The notes beneath the pieces were generated by a model, which searched no databases, was not told where the DNA came from, and was given only the letters and a program-made list of their open reading frames with translations. Shown piece after piece: positions 61,089 through 64,000 of a stretch of DNA of 64,000 nt. Position 1 is the stretch's first letter, and each line of letters starts with the position of its first letter. Position numbers and translations under genes: made by a program. Origin of the DNA: Chiloscyllium plagiosum (lineage: Eukaryota); contig NC_057718.1 of assembly GCF_004010195.1 (NCBI RefSeq), positions 35,416,161 to 35,480,160 of the forward strand, given 5' to 3'.

Positions 61089-64000
61089 TTTTTGTTATTT
61101 GAAGTCACTTTATGTCAGAAATACAGTAACTAGAAGCTACTCAAACTCAATTTGTGTTAGGACCAGCCAGATAATTAGGGAGTCTTTATTTCCCTTAACT
61201 CAGGCTCGATTTAAACTCAGGTGCCTGGAGTACATTCACCTACTACACAACCCTGGCCCAACAAATATTTTAACAATGGATTTAATTGTTCTGCATTCAT
61301 GGTAATTGAGGCTTGCAACCTGGTATGTCTGCAGAGTGTAGTCTTTGCAGAACCTTTTCCAGAACAATTTTTGACTGATCTCAGTGGATTTAGCCCTTCA
61401 CAAAATGACATTCAAAAATCCCTCTGCGTTTCATTCCCTACCACACTGTTGAGTGCACCAGTCTTTTCCAATTTGTGCCAAATGTCTTCAAGCAACAAAA
61501 AAATGGTGTTTCACCGTGGTCACTTAACAAAAAATATAAAGTGCAGCTATCACTCTAGGACTGTGATGCTAGCACGTTCACTAGAAACAAATAATACTGG
61601 TTAACATAAATGAGATGTTAGTTTGAAGTCTCCCCTGGGAAAAGCAAAAGCAAATGAAGTGGAAAGGTTTGAATTGTTTGCACTCTGTTACGATCTTGCG
61701 TAACAAGCTAACAAAGTCAGACAGCACTATCAGATTTACAACATGGGTGTAATAACTGTGACATGCTTTGAACTGCTGCCAGATTGCACTACAATAGGCT
61801 GTTGTCTCACCTGGTTGATTCATTTGCCAGTCATGCAGAAAACCACATTGTGATCCTCTTTGCCCTAAAAAAACTGAGAGCACTATGAAATTGGGGTGGG
61901 GATTGTTGAAAATCAAGATTGTAAACAATGCATTGCTGGACTCGAACAGTAAAAATATGCTGATCTGTATATTTTCTTCACTGAATTATTTTGCAATGGA
62001 CTTATATTTTCATCATATTTACATGGTGGACATTAGGATACATCGCATTGCAATAAGGACATGCCATCCAATGTTTATTTATAACAGTATGACTGTCAAT
62101 CTGCATAACTGCTAGGTAATTATGTCCAATAATGTTCACCTTGTAAACAGAATTTATTTTCCAAAACTTAAGTCAATAATGGTCATGATTACTTTCCAAT
62201 ATAGTTTATATTACCACTCTAGCAGTTTACTCTGTTACTAAAAATCTTGAAATTGGTTTTCTTACAGTAATACAGTACAGTATGTGTTACACATTCTTAA
62301 AACTTCCTACAATTTTAAACTCAAAGTTTCTCACGCTAATTGAATTCCACTGATGAAAGGTCCTTTTCCAGAGCTCATTCAAAGTAGCACCACCTAGGGC
62401 TAGTTAGAGGATATTCAACCATGGAAGGCATCAAGATCCTGTCCTATCTTCACTCAATATTAATCCATGTACAAGGGTTATTGGACTGCTATCTGGGCAA
62501 AAGCATTGCCTGATTTGCCTCCTCCTTGTCAAAAACCACTGAAGCCAATAATGAGATCTTATCCCCTCACCCCACCACCCAGGACAAACCAAGTACTGAA
62601 CATGAGACTTTCTGGTCTGCACTTTTTTACAGTATCCCACCCAATATCCTCCACACTAACATATTAGAATAGTTTGTTCTTAGCCATCTGCCTTTTCCTT
62701 ACAGAATCCTTTAGGGCTGCACTCCTTTCCCAGGTTAAGACTTGTACCAAAGGCACTAACATTGATGCTGTGTGATGACCATTGGACCTTTTTCTCCTCT
62801 CATTGGTAAGTAAGGTAGGTGTAAATGGGAAGTATGGGGCCTTCAGCTTGATGATGAGATTGGCAATAGACCCGACTGAAAGATATTGGATGTGAAACTC
62901 CACAGAAAGACTGTTGTGCCAAATGCAGTTCTCACAATCAGTTCTCATGATCAGAATGGATTGGCAAATGCTCTGAACAAAGCAAAATACTCTTAACTTG
63001 TGGCATGTAGACCTGTGCCAAAAGCGGGAAAAGATTTCAACAGCATAGCAACAAAATCAATTTCTGTTTGTTAAAGCTAAGTTCAGGGTTGTGCAGGCAA
63101 ATTAATAATTATATAATGTGCGGGGACAATCTCACCTGGCCTCTGTGTGTAGCAATATTGTCAACAAATTCCCAAACTTGTTATCTGATGGCTATTTTCA
63201 GCAAACATTTTTGTTGTATAACAAATTGCGCTGATTCTCTCCACGGTTTTTGTACAAGTTGAAGCCTGAGGAAACCATTGTGATCTACAAACACCCCCCC
63301 CCCCACTTAATTCATTTTCTTTCATAAAGAAGGTTGATAACTGTGAAATTATCATTATGGAATCACCAGGGTTACAATGTTGGTCAACTTCCCGCTCCAT
63401 GGGTCCAAACACACAAGGGTCAATGATAGCACTTATATCAATGCTCTAGTTGAGAACAGCCACCTCAGCATTGACTAGGGACCGAACCAGGCACTCTTGA
63501 TCCTCTGTGGCTTAAGTATTAACCCTGCATAACCATTAGAGCTCATGTTCATTAACTTTGCTAATGTCAGCAATCATTAAACACATCCATATGGCTATTA
63601 ATACATCTCATATGTCACACTGAATCCTGAAAGTTCAAATAAACAGAGCAAAATGGTTTCATCTGGTTTAAATAGGTCAGTTGATTATTTACTACAACAC
63701 AAAGGATATTTAAGCCAAACTAAGATAAACAATGAATATCTCTGTTACCGTGTAACTACTCTGAGATCAGATAAATCCAGGATTTCTTTCCCCTCGAACA
63801 CATGATAAACTGGAGGACTACAGTGTCTGCTTTCATTCCAAGATTACTGATTGTAAAATTAAAACTACATTTGTTAATACAGTACGAGTAATATAAGATG
63901 AAAGGAGCAGAATTATCGTCAGTGATTGAGATAAGAATCATATATGGCTGAAAATTCAAAGATGAAAGATTGTGCATGCAACAATTTGGCTGATTATTCT

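Overview
Repeat-dense, AT-rich vertebrate non-coding DNA, very probably from an elasmobranch (shark): it carries HE1-type V-SINEs and their HER1/CR1-type LINE partners. No intact host protein-coding gene, tRNA or CRISPR array could be supported; nearly all listed ORFs are retroelement fragments or chance frames. Content: about 9 HE1 SINEs, about 14 decayed CR1-type LINE pieces (three of about 2.8-3 kb), a second tRNA-derived SINE family, Deu-domain SINE relics, Penelope-like element (PLE) fragments and microsatellites. Highlights: (1) a retrocopy that starts exactly at the mature 5' end of 18S rRNA and is joined through an A-tract to an HE1 SINE; (2) several unrelated 0.2-0.55 kb fold-back PLE-derived inserts with 12-15 bp target-site duplications and minimal hammerhead-ribozyme cores; (3) an endogenous-retrovirus pol relic (tether/RNase H/integrase) hidden beneath nested CR1, PLE and SINE insertions; (4) a ~1 kb multi-junction inverted/direct duplication of near-identical blocks. 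All family calls come from motif recognition by eye, not database searches; boundaries are approximate unless a TSD is given.
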